Assembly (NCBI GenBank): GCA_041641305.1
Contig: JBEPYN010000002.1
Span: 576,001 to 640,000, forward strand
DNA length: 64,000 bases
Direction of reading: 5' to 3'
Source of the DNA: Nitrososphaerota archaeon
GTDB taxonomy: Archaea > Thermoproteota > Nitrososphaeria_A > Caldarchaeales > Caldarchaeaceae
The position numbers and the translations under genes are program-made. This document shows positions 56,142 through 64,000 of this stretch, in pieces; within the stretch, counting starts at the first letter, position 1, and every line of letters begins with the position of its first letter. The notes under the pieces were generated by a model. The model was not told the origin of the DNA and did not search any database. It saw only the letters and a list, made by a program, of their open reading frames with translations.

Positions 56142-56966
56142 TCAGCTCCTTAGAAATCGCAATATAACGTTGTTGAACGACTCCACCCGTTCCTCGTGAA
56201 CGATGTGTCCAGCATTCGGCTCAACGTGTACCTCGGCCCCGATTTTCTGAGCCAGCTCCAAGTTTTTTCGAAACGGCACAACATTATCCATTTCACCGAG
56301 AACAAACAGCTTCGGGCATTTAATCATGTCAACATATTCTGTCCTGAACTCGCGCCATATATTACCAGCCTCGACCAAAACAGGGCCAGACCTCTTTACA
56401 GACTCATAGTAGCCTTCAACAGTTTCATCATCCAGAGCGCTTTTGTCGACAAAGAGGTCGCGTAGAACTCGTTTGATGAAATATTTCCTTACAAGCAATC
56501 GTGTGATTAAGGTGTTGAACAACCTTTTTCTCGCCAGCTCCATTGCCAGAGGCCTGCGGCCGCTGTCAGCTCCGAGCAAGCTTGGGTTAACGAGGACGAG
56601 CTTCTCAACTTTATCGGGAAGGTTTGCCGCCATATACGCCGAAATTGCTCCACCCAGCGAATGACCGACCAAGCTAAACCTCTCAGCACCAAGTTTGTCG
56701 AGGGCTTTCAGCAAAATGTCTGTGACGGTTGAGAGGCTAATGCCTGCCGGAGGCCTCTTTGACAACCCGAAGCCGGGGAGATCAAGCGCCAAGGCTCTGA
56801 AATGTTGTGACACTGTGGGCAGTGTCTTGCGCCAGCTAAAGGAGGATGCAGCCCATCCATGAATAAATACAACAGGCTGTCCAACACCCCGTTCAACATA
56901 GAAAATGTCCACGTCATCCACGGTTATCCTAGAACCATTAGTGACATGCTCGGACCAGCCCACCAA
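56142..56966 (-). CDS. Alpha/beta hydrolase
   Basis: FIHGW, DLPGFG.S, GHSLGG nucleophile, G..D, AGH..H.E; start approximate. Confidence 0.92.
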   Translation of the reverse strand: MVGWSEHVTNGSRITVDDVDIFYVERGVGQPVVFIHGWAASSFSWRKTLPTVSQHFRALALDLPGFGLSKRPPAGISLSTVTDILLKALDKLGAERFSLVGHSLGGAISAYMAANLPDKVEKLVLVNPSLLGADSGRRPLAMELARKRLFNTLITRLLVRKYFIKRVLRDLFVDKSALDDETVEGYYESVKRSGPVLVEAGNIWREFRTEYVDMIKCPKLFVLGEMDNVVPFRKNLELAQKIGAEVHVEPNAGHIVHEERVESFNNVILRFLRS

Positions 56967-57060
56967 CTCAGAAAACCCTTCTACCCCTTCAATAAAACAG
57001 TTTTCCTCAGATGTTGAAAGCTGCGAAAAAAATAAATGTCCACGAAGTATGTAGAAGATA

Positions 57061-57768
57061 ATGTCGGGGTTCATCTCCCCGCGATCAAGCATCAAGGGCA
57101 CGGTTTCACCAAACGCCTATGTGTATGGAGCTACGGAGATAGGGGAGGCTACTGTAGTGGATGACGACGTTACAATAGGTTATCCAGCACGCCATCGTCT
57201 TCTACAAACCATAGAAAAGAAGCGCACAGTCATTACCTCCGTGCTGGAGGACGCGAGCCTGGGAAGCTTCATCGGCCCAGGATGCTTGATAAGAAGAGGA
57301 TGCGTAATCTATGACGAGGTTATTATCGAAGGCGATGTAGAGCTCGGGCACAACGTATTGATTCGCTCGGGGACAATGATTCGGAGCGGCTCACGGATAG
57401 GAAGCGGCACGATGCTCGACGGCGCCGTATTGGTCGGCCGCGGCGCCAACATACAGTCCAACGTCTACATCCCACATCTCACGAAAATAATGGATAACGT
57501 CTTCATAGGCCCCAACGTTGTGATGACCAACGACCCCTACCCCGTCGGCTCTCCACTGAAGGGGCCGACAATAGCCACGGGCGCTATCATAGGTGCTGGC
57601 TCAGTTATTCTTCCAGGTGTTGAGGTAGGTGAGGGAGCTGTGGTGGGCGCCGGCTCAGTGGTTACGAGAAACGTCCCGCCGCGGGTGGTTGTTTTCGGGA
57701 ACCCCGCAAAATACGCCTATGACGTGGATGAATACAATAAGAAGAAACAGGCCTATCTGAAGAAATGA
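57061..57768 (+). CDS. Hexapeptide-repeat (LbH) acyltransferase, sugar N-acetyltransferase-like
   Basis: VFIGPNVV.TND.YP, IGAGSVILPGV.VG.GA.VGAGSVVT.NVP....GNPA. Confidence 0.9.
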   Translation: MSGFISPRSSIKGTVSPNAYVYGATEIGEATVVDDDVTIGYPARHRLLQTIEKKRTVITSVLEDASLGSFIGPGCLIRRGCVIYDEVIIEGDVELGHNVLIRSGTMIRSGSRIGSGTMLDGAVLVGRGANIQSNVYIPHLTKIMDNVFIGPNVVMTNDPYPVGSPLKGPTIATGAIIGAGSVILPGVEVGEGAVVGAGSVVTRNVPPRVVVFGNPAKYAYDVDEYNKKKQAYLKK

Positions 57769-57833
57769 AAACGCCTCAAAACCTTAAAAACAAGCTCTTG
57801 CATAGGAAATTTGGTGAGGCTGAGGAGTAAATA

Positions 57834-58142
57834 ATGGCTGAGATATGCCCCACATGTGGTTTACCACAATCGATATGCGTTTGCGAAACCATAAGCCGCG
57901 AGCAGCAGCGTGTTAAGATTAAGCTTGAGCTGAGAAAATGGAACAAGCCGACGACGGTAATCGAGGGCTTGAACGGTAGCAAAAAGGATTTGCAGGAGAT
58001 AGCTTCGAAGCTAAAGTCCACCCTGGCATGCGGCGGTGTCGTAAAGGATGGAGTAATCCTATTGCAGGGCGACCATAGAGACAGGGTTAGAAAAGCTTTG
58101 GTGGAGCTTGGGCTTTCAGAAGAAAATATAGAGGTAATTTAG
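57834..58142 (+). CDS. Translation initiation factor aIF1/SUI1
   Basis: CPTCGLP...C.CE, LK..LACGG..K...I.LQGDH. Confidence 0.95.
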   Translation: MAEICPTCGLPQSICVCETISREQQRVKIKLELRKWNKPTTVIEGLNGSKKDLQEIASKLKSTLACGGVVKDGVILLQGDHRDRVRKALVELGLSEENIEVI

Positions 58143-59062
58143 GCGGCCACTGTTTCGAGAACGTCTTTGAGGCCTTTGAAACGGTTTCGCACAGTTACCT
58201 CGGTGACGCCGGCGGCTTTGGCTATGTCTTTCTGCGTAAGTGTCTGCGTTGTTTCTTGGCAGGCCATGTAGAGGGCGGCTGCCGCTATTCCGACCGGGTC
58301 CTTGCCCACGGTTGCTTTTCGTTTGACGGCCTCGTTTAGCAGACGGATAGCCTCCTGAACAGTTCTCTGGTCCAGCCCAACCTTGGCCGCAATCTTGTTA
58401 ACGTATATAGTCGGGTCCGCGACCGGAACCTTCAGACCAAGATGCTTGAGCAAAAGCCTGTAACCCTGAGCAATGGTCTTCCGCTTGACAGCTGGGTAGC
58501 TGCGTTCAAACTCTCGAAGGTCTCTTGGTGTGCCAAGCATCCTGCAGGCGGCGTATGTTGCGGCTGCCATGATGGACTTGATTGATCTTCCTCTTACAAG
58601 CCCTGCTCTGAGCGCTCTTCTGTAAATGAGCATGGCTCTTTCCGCAACCGTCTGGGATAGCCGTAGCTTGTCGACGTATATCTGGAGAATGTTTACAGCC
58701 TGCTGAAGGTTTCGCGTCTCGCTTGAGTTTATCTGAGAGGTGGCGTCGAGCTTTTTCAGCCTAATCATCTTCTCACGTGACTCTTTCGAGAGTTTGCGGC
58801 CTGAAGCGTCTTCGTCAACGCCCTCGATTACGGTTGAGAGGCCGTGGTCTCGATACATGGGTGAAAGCGGTGCTCCTACTCTGCTTCTGCTCCCTTCTTC
58901 GTCGTCAAGGTTTCTCCACTCGGGGCCCATGTCAACATCTTTTTCCTGTATTACGAATCCGCAGACTGAGCATGTTACCTCGCCTGTCCTCTGGTCGGTG
59001 ACCAGCATCTCATTTCCGCATTCTGGGCAAAGTGTTACTTCTCTCCAAGTTTTCCTGACCAA
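58139..59062 (-). CDS. tfb: Transcription initiation factor IIB
   Basis: CPECG..CSVCG zinc ribbon, GPEWR, SRVGAP, RGRSI, GKDP...AAA.LY, TQ..IA..AGVTEVTVRNR. Confidence 0.97.
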   Translation of the reverse strand: MVRKTWREVTLCPECGNEMLVTDQRTGEVTCSVCGFVIQEKDVDMGPEWRNLDDEEGSRSRVGAPLSPMYRDHGLSTVIEGVDEDASGRKLSKESREKMIRLKKLDATSQINSSETRNLQQAVNILQIYVDKLRLSQTVAERAMLIYRRALRAGLVRGRSIKSIMAAATYAACRMLGTPRDLREFERSYPAVKRKTIAQGYRLLLKHLGLKVPVADPTIYVNKIAAKVGLDQRTVQEAIRLLNEAVKRKATVGKDPVGIAAAALYMACQETTQTLTQKDIAKAAGVTEVTVRNRFKGLKDVLETVAA

Positions 59063-59209
59063 GTTTTTTCACCTTAATTTTTAGACATATAGGAGAGGCG
59101 TTTTTCCATCCTCTCGCTATAAGTCTTTCGCTCATATGATGTAAAGGGCAATATATAAACTTTCTCACCACAAATGAGATAAATAGCTAATACCAAAACA
59201 AACTACGGT

Positions 59210-60634
59210 TTGATAAAGGTTTTCAACACCTACACACGTAGGCTTGAGGTTTTCGAGCCGCATGTCCCCGGTCACGTGACTATGTATGTATGCGGCCCCA
59301 CTGTTTACGATGTCGCGCATCTGGGTCATGCGCGGACCTATGTGGCGTTTGACGCGGTCATTCGGTTTCTCGAATTCATGGGGTACCGTGTCAAGTATGC
59401 ACGGAACGTGACCGATGTTGGTCATCTGCGTGAAACAGGTGAGGACAGGATGATTGTGGGAGCGGAGCGGCTGAGGAGGCATCCGATGGAAGTTGCTGAC
59501 AAGTACATGATGGAGTTTTTCAGAGACATGGATGCGCTTGGGATAAGAAGGCCCGATATACAGCCGAGAGCGAGCATGCATATCCCCGAAATTATAGAAG
59601 CTGTTGAGAAGCTTGTCGACAAAGGCTACGGCTACGTCATCGACGGAAGCGTCTATTTCGACATAAGCAAATTCCCCGACTACGGCAAACTCTCAAACAT
59701 CAAGCCGGAAGAGCTCGTCATGCATCGCATAGACCCCGACCCACGCAAAAGAAACCCCGCAGACTTTGCCCTATGGAAAGAAGCACCACCCTCCTATCCT
59801 TTCTCGTGGAGAACACCCTGGGGAAGAGGTTTTCCAGGATGGCATATAGAATGCTCGATAATGAGTATGAAGTACTTGGGTGAGCAGATAGATATACACG
59901 GCGGCGGCCAGGAGTTGATTTTTCCACATCACGAGAATGAGATAGCTCAATCAGAGGCCCTGACAGGAAAGAAACCCTTTGTAAAATACTGGATGCACAC
60001 GGGTGAGTTGACTGTCGGAGGACGCGGGATGCATAAGAGCTATGGAAACTTCATCACAATCCAGGACGCGCTCAAAACATATCCACCTGATGCGCTGCGT
60101 CTCTTCATACTCTCCGCCCACTACCGAACACCCTTAGACTATTCCGAGAAAGCAATGGAACAGGCCAAGGAGAACCTCGAAAAACTAACCAACTTTGTCG
60201 AAAACCTCACAATCATAACAGATGAGGCCAAAAATAGGTCACGAGACCATTCCCTTGACGAGCTGGACGAAGTTTTCAGGCGAAGATTCATAGATGCGAT
60301 GTCCGAGGACTTTAACACACCCAGCGCCCTGGCAATCATCTACGACTTCGTCAAACAAGTGAACACGAAGATAGATGACATCGGCTACGAGCAGGCGGCG
60401 CAGCTTCTTCAGCACTTTCTCGATGTATGTAGGGCCCTTGGATTGTTGCAGAAGGTTGAGCGGAGAACCGCGGTAGAGGCCATGGCGCTTGTGAAGATGC
60501 TGGTAGAGGTGCGTAGGGAGCTGCGTAGACGAGGCATGTATGACTTGGCGGACAGGATTAGAAGCATGTTGGCTGAACGCGGCATCGTCGTCGAGGACAT
60601 AAAAGACGGAGAGCGGATAAGAATAGTGAGGTAG
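59210..60634 (+). CDS. cysS: Cysteinyl-tRNA synthetase
   Basis: YVCGPTVY...HLGHAR, DFALWK, GFPGWHIECS, HGGG..L.FPHHENE, MHKS.GN. Confidence 0.97.
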   Translation: MIKVFNTYTRRLEVFEPHVPGHVTMYVCGPTVYDVAHLGHARTYVAFDAVIRFLEFMGYRVKYARNVTDVGHLRETGEDRMIVGAERLRRHPMEVADKYMMEFFRDMDALGIRRPDIQPRASMHIPEIIEAVEKLVDKGYGYVIDGSVYFDISKFPDYGKLSNIKPEELVMHRIDPDPRKRNPADFALWKEAPPSYPFSWRTPWGRGFPGWHIECSIMSMKYLGEQIDIHGGGQELIFPHHENEIAQSEALTGKKPFVKYWMHTGELTVGGRGMHKSYGNFITIQDALKTYPPDALRLFILSAHYRTPLDYSEKAMEQAKENLEKLTNFVENLTIITDEAKNRSRDHSLDELDEVFRRRFIDAMSEDFNTPSALAIIYDFVKQVNTKIDDIGYEQAAQLLQHFLDVCRALGLLQKVERRTAVEAMALVKMLVEVRRELRRRGMYDLADRIRSMLAERGIVVEDIKDGERIRIVR

Positions 60635-60641
60635 ATGTTCT

Positions 60642-61352
60642 GTGAAGGCTGTTCTCCTCTCAGGTGGCTATGGAAAGCGTCTCAAGCCTCTGACAGAGTC
60701 TCTTCCAAAGCCTTTGCTCGAAGTCGCCGGCAAACCTATTATTGTTTGGCAGATTGAGTGGCTGAAAAAACACGGTATAGACGAGTTTATTGTCTGCGTG
60801 GGCTATTTGCGTGAGAAAATTATTGAGACGCTGGGCAGCGGGCATAGGCTTGGTGTGAAAATCGGTTACTCGGTGGAGGATGAACCGCTCGGCACGGGCG
60901 GAGCCTTGAAGAACGCAGAGCATCTGCTAAAGTCTGACAGGGTTTTCATCGTCGTCAACGGCGACGTCCTTACAACACTGAACCCACTTAAGCTCGTTGA
61001 GAACCTCAACTCATCGATTGCCTGCATGGCTTTGACACGTCTACCATCACCATATGGTATAGTCGAGTTCGACAATGAAACACGTCTGGTCAAAAGGTTT
61101 GAGGAGAAGCCGCGGCTGCCCAACTACATCAACGCAGGCGTCTACGCCTTCACCGCGGATGTCTTAAGCTATCTTCCTGAGAACGGAGACTTGGAGAAAC
61201 AAACGTTTCCCAAGCTTGTTGAGAAAAAATCTCTCATGGCCGTCCTGTATGAAGAGGATGACTGGATAAGCATAGACAGTCACAAAGACCTCGAGGAAGC
61301 AAAGCGTGTTGTCGAGAAGTTCAGCTTGTTAAAGGAAGCTTCACAGCCATGA
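60642..61352 (+). CDS. Sugar-phosphate nucleotidyltransferase
   Basis: LSGG.GKRL.PLT...PKPL, E.EPLGTGG, NGD, EKP, INAG.Y. Confidence 0.92.
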   Translation: MKAVLLSGGYGKRLKPLTESLPKPLLEVAGKPIIVWQIEWLKKHGIDEFIVCVGYLREKIIETLGSGHRLGVKIGYSVEDEPLGTGGALKNAEHLLKSDRVFIVVNGDVLTTLNPLKLVENLNSSIACMALTRLPSPYGIVEFDNETRLVKRFEEKPRLPNYINAGVYAFTADVLSYLPENGDLEKQTFPKLVEKKSLMAVLYEEDDWISIDSHKDLEEAKRVVEKFSLLKEASQP

Positions 61353-61833
61353 CGTAGGCGTCTTCCCCGTCGGCGTAGTAGCGGCGTTGCACCTCTTTGA
61401 CGACAAACCCGATTTTTTTGTAGAGACTGATAGCGATATGGTTACTCACACGAACCTCGAGAAAAGCCTCCTCACATCCATACTCGTTTGCGAGCGAGTA
61501 GAGGGCTCTGCGGATAAGCTGCTCCCCTATTCCACGGTTGCGGTAGTTTGGGAGAACAGCCACTGAGACAATGTGACCAGCTCGGCGGATCTTGAGGAAA
61601 TCCATTTTTGAGAAGACGCGTTCAACTCTGCACATGATGTAGCCGACCAGCTTGTCGCCCACCTCAGCTACCCAGAAAGCCTTTGGATAATCTTTGGCGA
61701 GCTCGTCAAAAAAGCTGTAAGTATAGTTTTCGGGAAGGCATATTCTGTTGATGTTCATGACGTCAATCAAGTCGGTTTGCGTTACATTCCTGAACACAAC
61801 GTCAATGTCTCCCAGCTTCGAAGCCTGTTGCAT
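61321..61833 (-). CDS. N-terminal acetyltransferase Ard1/RimI
   Basis: IN..CLPENY, GYIMCR, GHIVSVAV...YR.RGIG, LEVRVSN, YY.DGEDA. Confidence 0.93.
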   Translation of the reverse strand: MQQASKLGDIDVVFRNVTQTDLIDVMNINRICLPENYTYSFFDELAKDYPKAFWVAEVGDKLVGYIMCRVERVFSKMDFLKIRRAGHIVSVAVLPNYRNRGIGEQLIRRALYSLANEYGCEEAFLEVRVSNHIAISLYKKIGFVVKEVQRRYYADGEDAYVMAVKLPLTS

Positions 61834-61871
61834 TCATTTCCGCGTATTACCGCTTTCATATAAGAGTTTAG

Positions 61872-62582
61872 CTACACCAGAACAACAAGCTCCCGCGGAG
61901 ACGTGGGTCTGTATGCGAGCATCTGGCCAAGCCCGCGTGAGACATACAGCCTTCTGCTCCCCCATGTGTACCATCCCCTTGTGTATCGTGAGTTGCTTAG
62001 AATGACGACGCCGTTGAAAACTATTCCGCCGTGAGTATGTCCTGCGAGGATTAAGCAGTCTCCCGAGACGCTGTCGGCCACATGTGGGTCATGTGCAAAA
62101 ACCAAGCCCTTGGCCTGAAGCGGCTCATACAATCTGTCATCACTCCAATCAAATCCATATATCTTGCCGAGGTAACGGCTCAAAACACCGCCACTCACCT
62201 CCCTAAACCCCAAATGCTGCAGGTTTTCACGCAGCCAAACATGGTATCCACTCCAGTAATCATGATTACCCATTACAAAGAACTTCTCAGAACCTGGCAA
62301 CTCTGAAAGAAATTTCTTGACGTAGCCGAGGTCGGTTGTGAGCTCATCCACCACGTCACCCCCCAGAACAACAGCATCCGGCTCCTCTTGGTTCAGCGCA
62401 GAGAGTAGTTGATTGGTTTGGGTGTTTTCGCTGTGTAGATGCAGGTCGGGTAGGAAAACGGCTTTGGCTCCGAGCCCGATGTCGATGATGGTTTTGTCGA
62501 GGCGAGGTGAATCGTCTGTGATGAAGAAAGCGGCGGAGCCTGTGAGCAGAATTGATGCGATGGCTTCTCTTCTCCTCAACAC
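61872..62582 (-). CDS. Metallophosphoesterase (calcineurin-like), N-terminal RRR + hydrophobic leader
   Basis: DLH, GD..D, GNHD, HDP, GHTHGG, SRGLG; probable GTG start at 62582. Confidence 0.88.
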   Translation of the reverse strand: MLRRREAIASILLTGSAAFFITDDSPRLDKTIIDIGLGAKAVFLPDLHLHSENTQTNQLLSALNQEEPDAVVLGGDVVDELTTDLGYVKKFLSELPGSEKFFVMGNHDYWSGYHVWLRENLQHLGFREVSGGVLSRYLGKIYGFDWSDDRLYEPLQAKGLVFAHDPHVADSVSGDCLILAGHTHGGIVFNGVVILSNSRYTRGWYTWGSRRLYVSRGLGQMLAYRPTSPRELVVLV

Positions 62583-62627
62583 TCTTTCCAAGTTTTTATC
62601 ATAGAGGATTTTAGGATTTGGTGTAGC

Positions 62628-63628
62628 ATGTTTTCCAGCATATCTGACACGGTTACGGAGTCGCGGTTTTTCGTTATGCCGCATGACAGCAACGCGATTG
62701 GCAGGCTGCATGGCGGCGTGCTGATGGAGTGGATGGTTTCGGCGGCGGCCCTCTGCGGAGTCAGGTTCAGCAAAGGCGAGGTGGTGTTGGCTGCTTTGGA
62801 CGACCTCTTCTTCATGAACCCCGTATCCGTCGGCGACATGGTCGTGGTCAAAGCCTGGATAGAATACGCGGGCCATTCATCGATGGAGGTCGGCGTGGCA
62901 GCCTATGCGTATCCGGGAATAGTCGGAGAACCGCGGCTCACCACCACCTCGCATATGGTTTTTGTAGCGGTTGATAGAGCAGGCTCGCCGAGACCGCTGC
63001 CCACAAAAATCAAACCCACACGAGACGAGGAGCAGCTGTATTCCTTGGCAGAGAAACGGGCTGAGAAAAGGAGAGGCATGCTCGCAGATAGAAAAACCGT
63101 GAGCCTTGACATCTCCGAGTATGGGCCCGACGCCCGCTTCAGGATGAAATCCTCACACCTCGTGTCGCCGTCTGACGCAACCATGGGCGGAATAATGTCG
63201 GGTGGGAAGCTGCTGCATCTTCTCGACGAGATGGCTGGTGCTTTGGCTATCTCCTATGCGAAGACCGTGGCGGTAACAGGGTCCGTCGACTCCACAAGTT
63301 TCCACCACCCTATACGGCAGGGCAGCATCATAGATGTCGAGCTTGTTTTAACCGGAGTGGGCAGATCCTCCGCAGAGATTGCTGCAAAGGTTATAACGGA
63401 AAATCCATCCAGCGGCGTCAGAAGACACGCGGCCACAACATACTTCACCATGGTCGCCGTAGACTCGGGGGAAAACCGGTGCCCATGCCGCCGTTTGAGC
63501 CAGCCAACGAAGGAGAGGAGAAGCGGCTAAAGGCGATGCAGGCTAGACGCGAGGCCAGACAGAGAAGGTTTGAAGAGATACAGGCTTTTGAACCGCTGCA
63601 CGAAGTGATAGGACATGGTAAAAGATGA
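62628..63628 (+). CDS. Double hot-dog acyl-CoA thioesterase; C-terminus continues in the -1 frame after the G5A4 run at 63467-63475
   Basis: Two N/T..G...GG.L..repeats. The frame-0 ORF stops at 63530, while the -1 frame gives GKPVPMPPFEPANEGEEKRL...RREAR, paralleling the first repeat's GSPRPLP...EEQL...RAEKR, and ends at TGA 63628. Confidence 0.85.
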
Positions 63629-64000
63629 GGAGCTCGGCCTATGCATCAGAAGCGTAGACCTTACCCCGCAGCAGTTCATCGAAGTAGCTAAACGCGCGGA
63701 GGAGCTGGGTTACAGCTCGCTCTGGATGACTGAGGAAATGGCACGTGCCTCACCGATAATGCTTACGGCAGCCGCTCTCCACACCCGGCGGATAAAACTT
63801 GGAACAGCCATACTCAACATCTTCGCAAGAACACCCATGTCCACCGCCATGGAGGCAGCAACCCTCCAAGAACTCTCACAGGACCGTTTCATCCTAGGCC
63901 TCGGCGTAGGAGGCCCAGACATAACTCGCAGAGGACATGGAGCAGACATCTCCAACCCCGTGCAGAAAATGTCAGAATACATAGAGATAGTGAGAAAATT
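63615..64000 (+). CDS. LLM-class flavin/F420-dependent oxidoreductase (runs off window)
   Basis: Hand translation: AKRAEELGYSSLWMTE...TRRIKLGTAILNIFARTP..TAMEAATLQELS.DRFILGLG. Confidence 0.9.
   Translation, partial: MVKDEELGLCIRSVDLTPQQFIEVAKRAEELGYSSLWMTEEMARASPIMLTAAALHTRRIKLGTAILNIFARTPMSTAMEAATLQELSQDRFILGLGVGGPDITRRGHGADISNPVQKMSEYIEIVRK

Noticed and set aside
1-64000. CRISPR arrays, rRNA genes, IS elements
   Set aside because: No regularly spaced repeats, rRNA-like tracts or transposase ORFs seen; nearly all sequence is accounted for by genes.

Overview
Gene-dense archaeal chromosome segment, roughly 50-55% GC, with many TTG/GTG starts and near-leaderless TATA promoters. The gene content (archaeal ThrRS, Rpo4, TFB, Spt5, Elp3, archaeal MAT, presenilin homologue, ETF/FadF) is consistent with a thermophilic TACK archaeon, most likely an Aigarchaeota/Caldarchaeum-like organism (inference). 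Most of the window is housekeeping: thrS, alaS, ileS, cysS, secE-spt5-rpl11-rpl1-rpl10, rpl12, srp54-pus10-rpl21e-rpo4, tfb, aIF1, EF-1beta, tRNA-Ala(UGC) and tRNA-Glu(CUC). The best candidate for a new system is at about 21.0-26.0 kb. There, a convergent cassette encodes a degenerate KaiC-ATPase/V4R sensor fusion, a UbiA-family prenyltransferase, a class I isoprenoid/terpene-synthase-fold enzyme and an intact KaiC/RAD55 ATPase, with a MenG-like methyltransferase just upstream. Its AT-rich core begins and ends inside genes. It looks like an isoprenoid signal synthase paired with a cognate sensor. Other oddities are: Spt5 with an insertion of about 150 aa in its NGN domain; an HTH-ATP-cone fusion to a catalytically dead class III RNR; an unannotated photolyase gene remnant next to tRNA-Ala; a crotonase lacking its GGG motif; and a frameshifted thioesterase tail. 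No CRISPR array, rRNA or intact transposase/integrase was seen.
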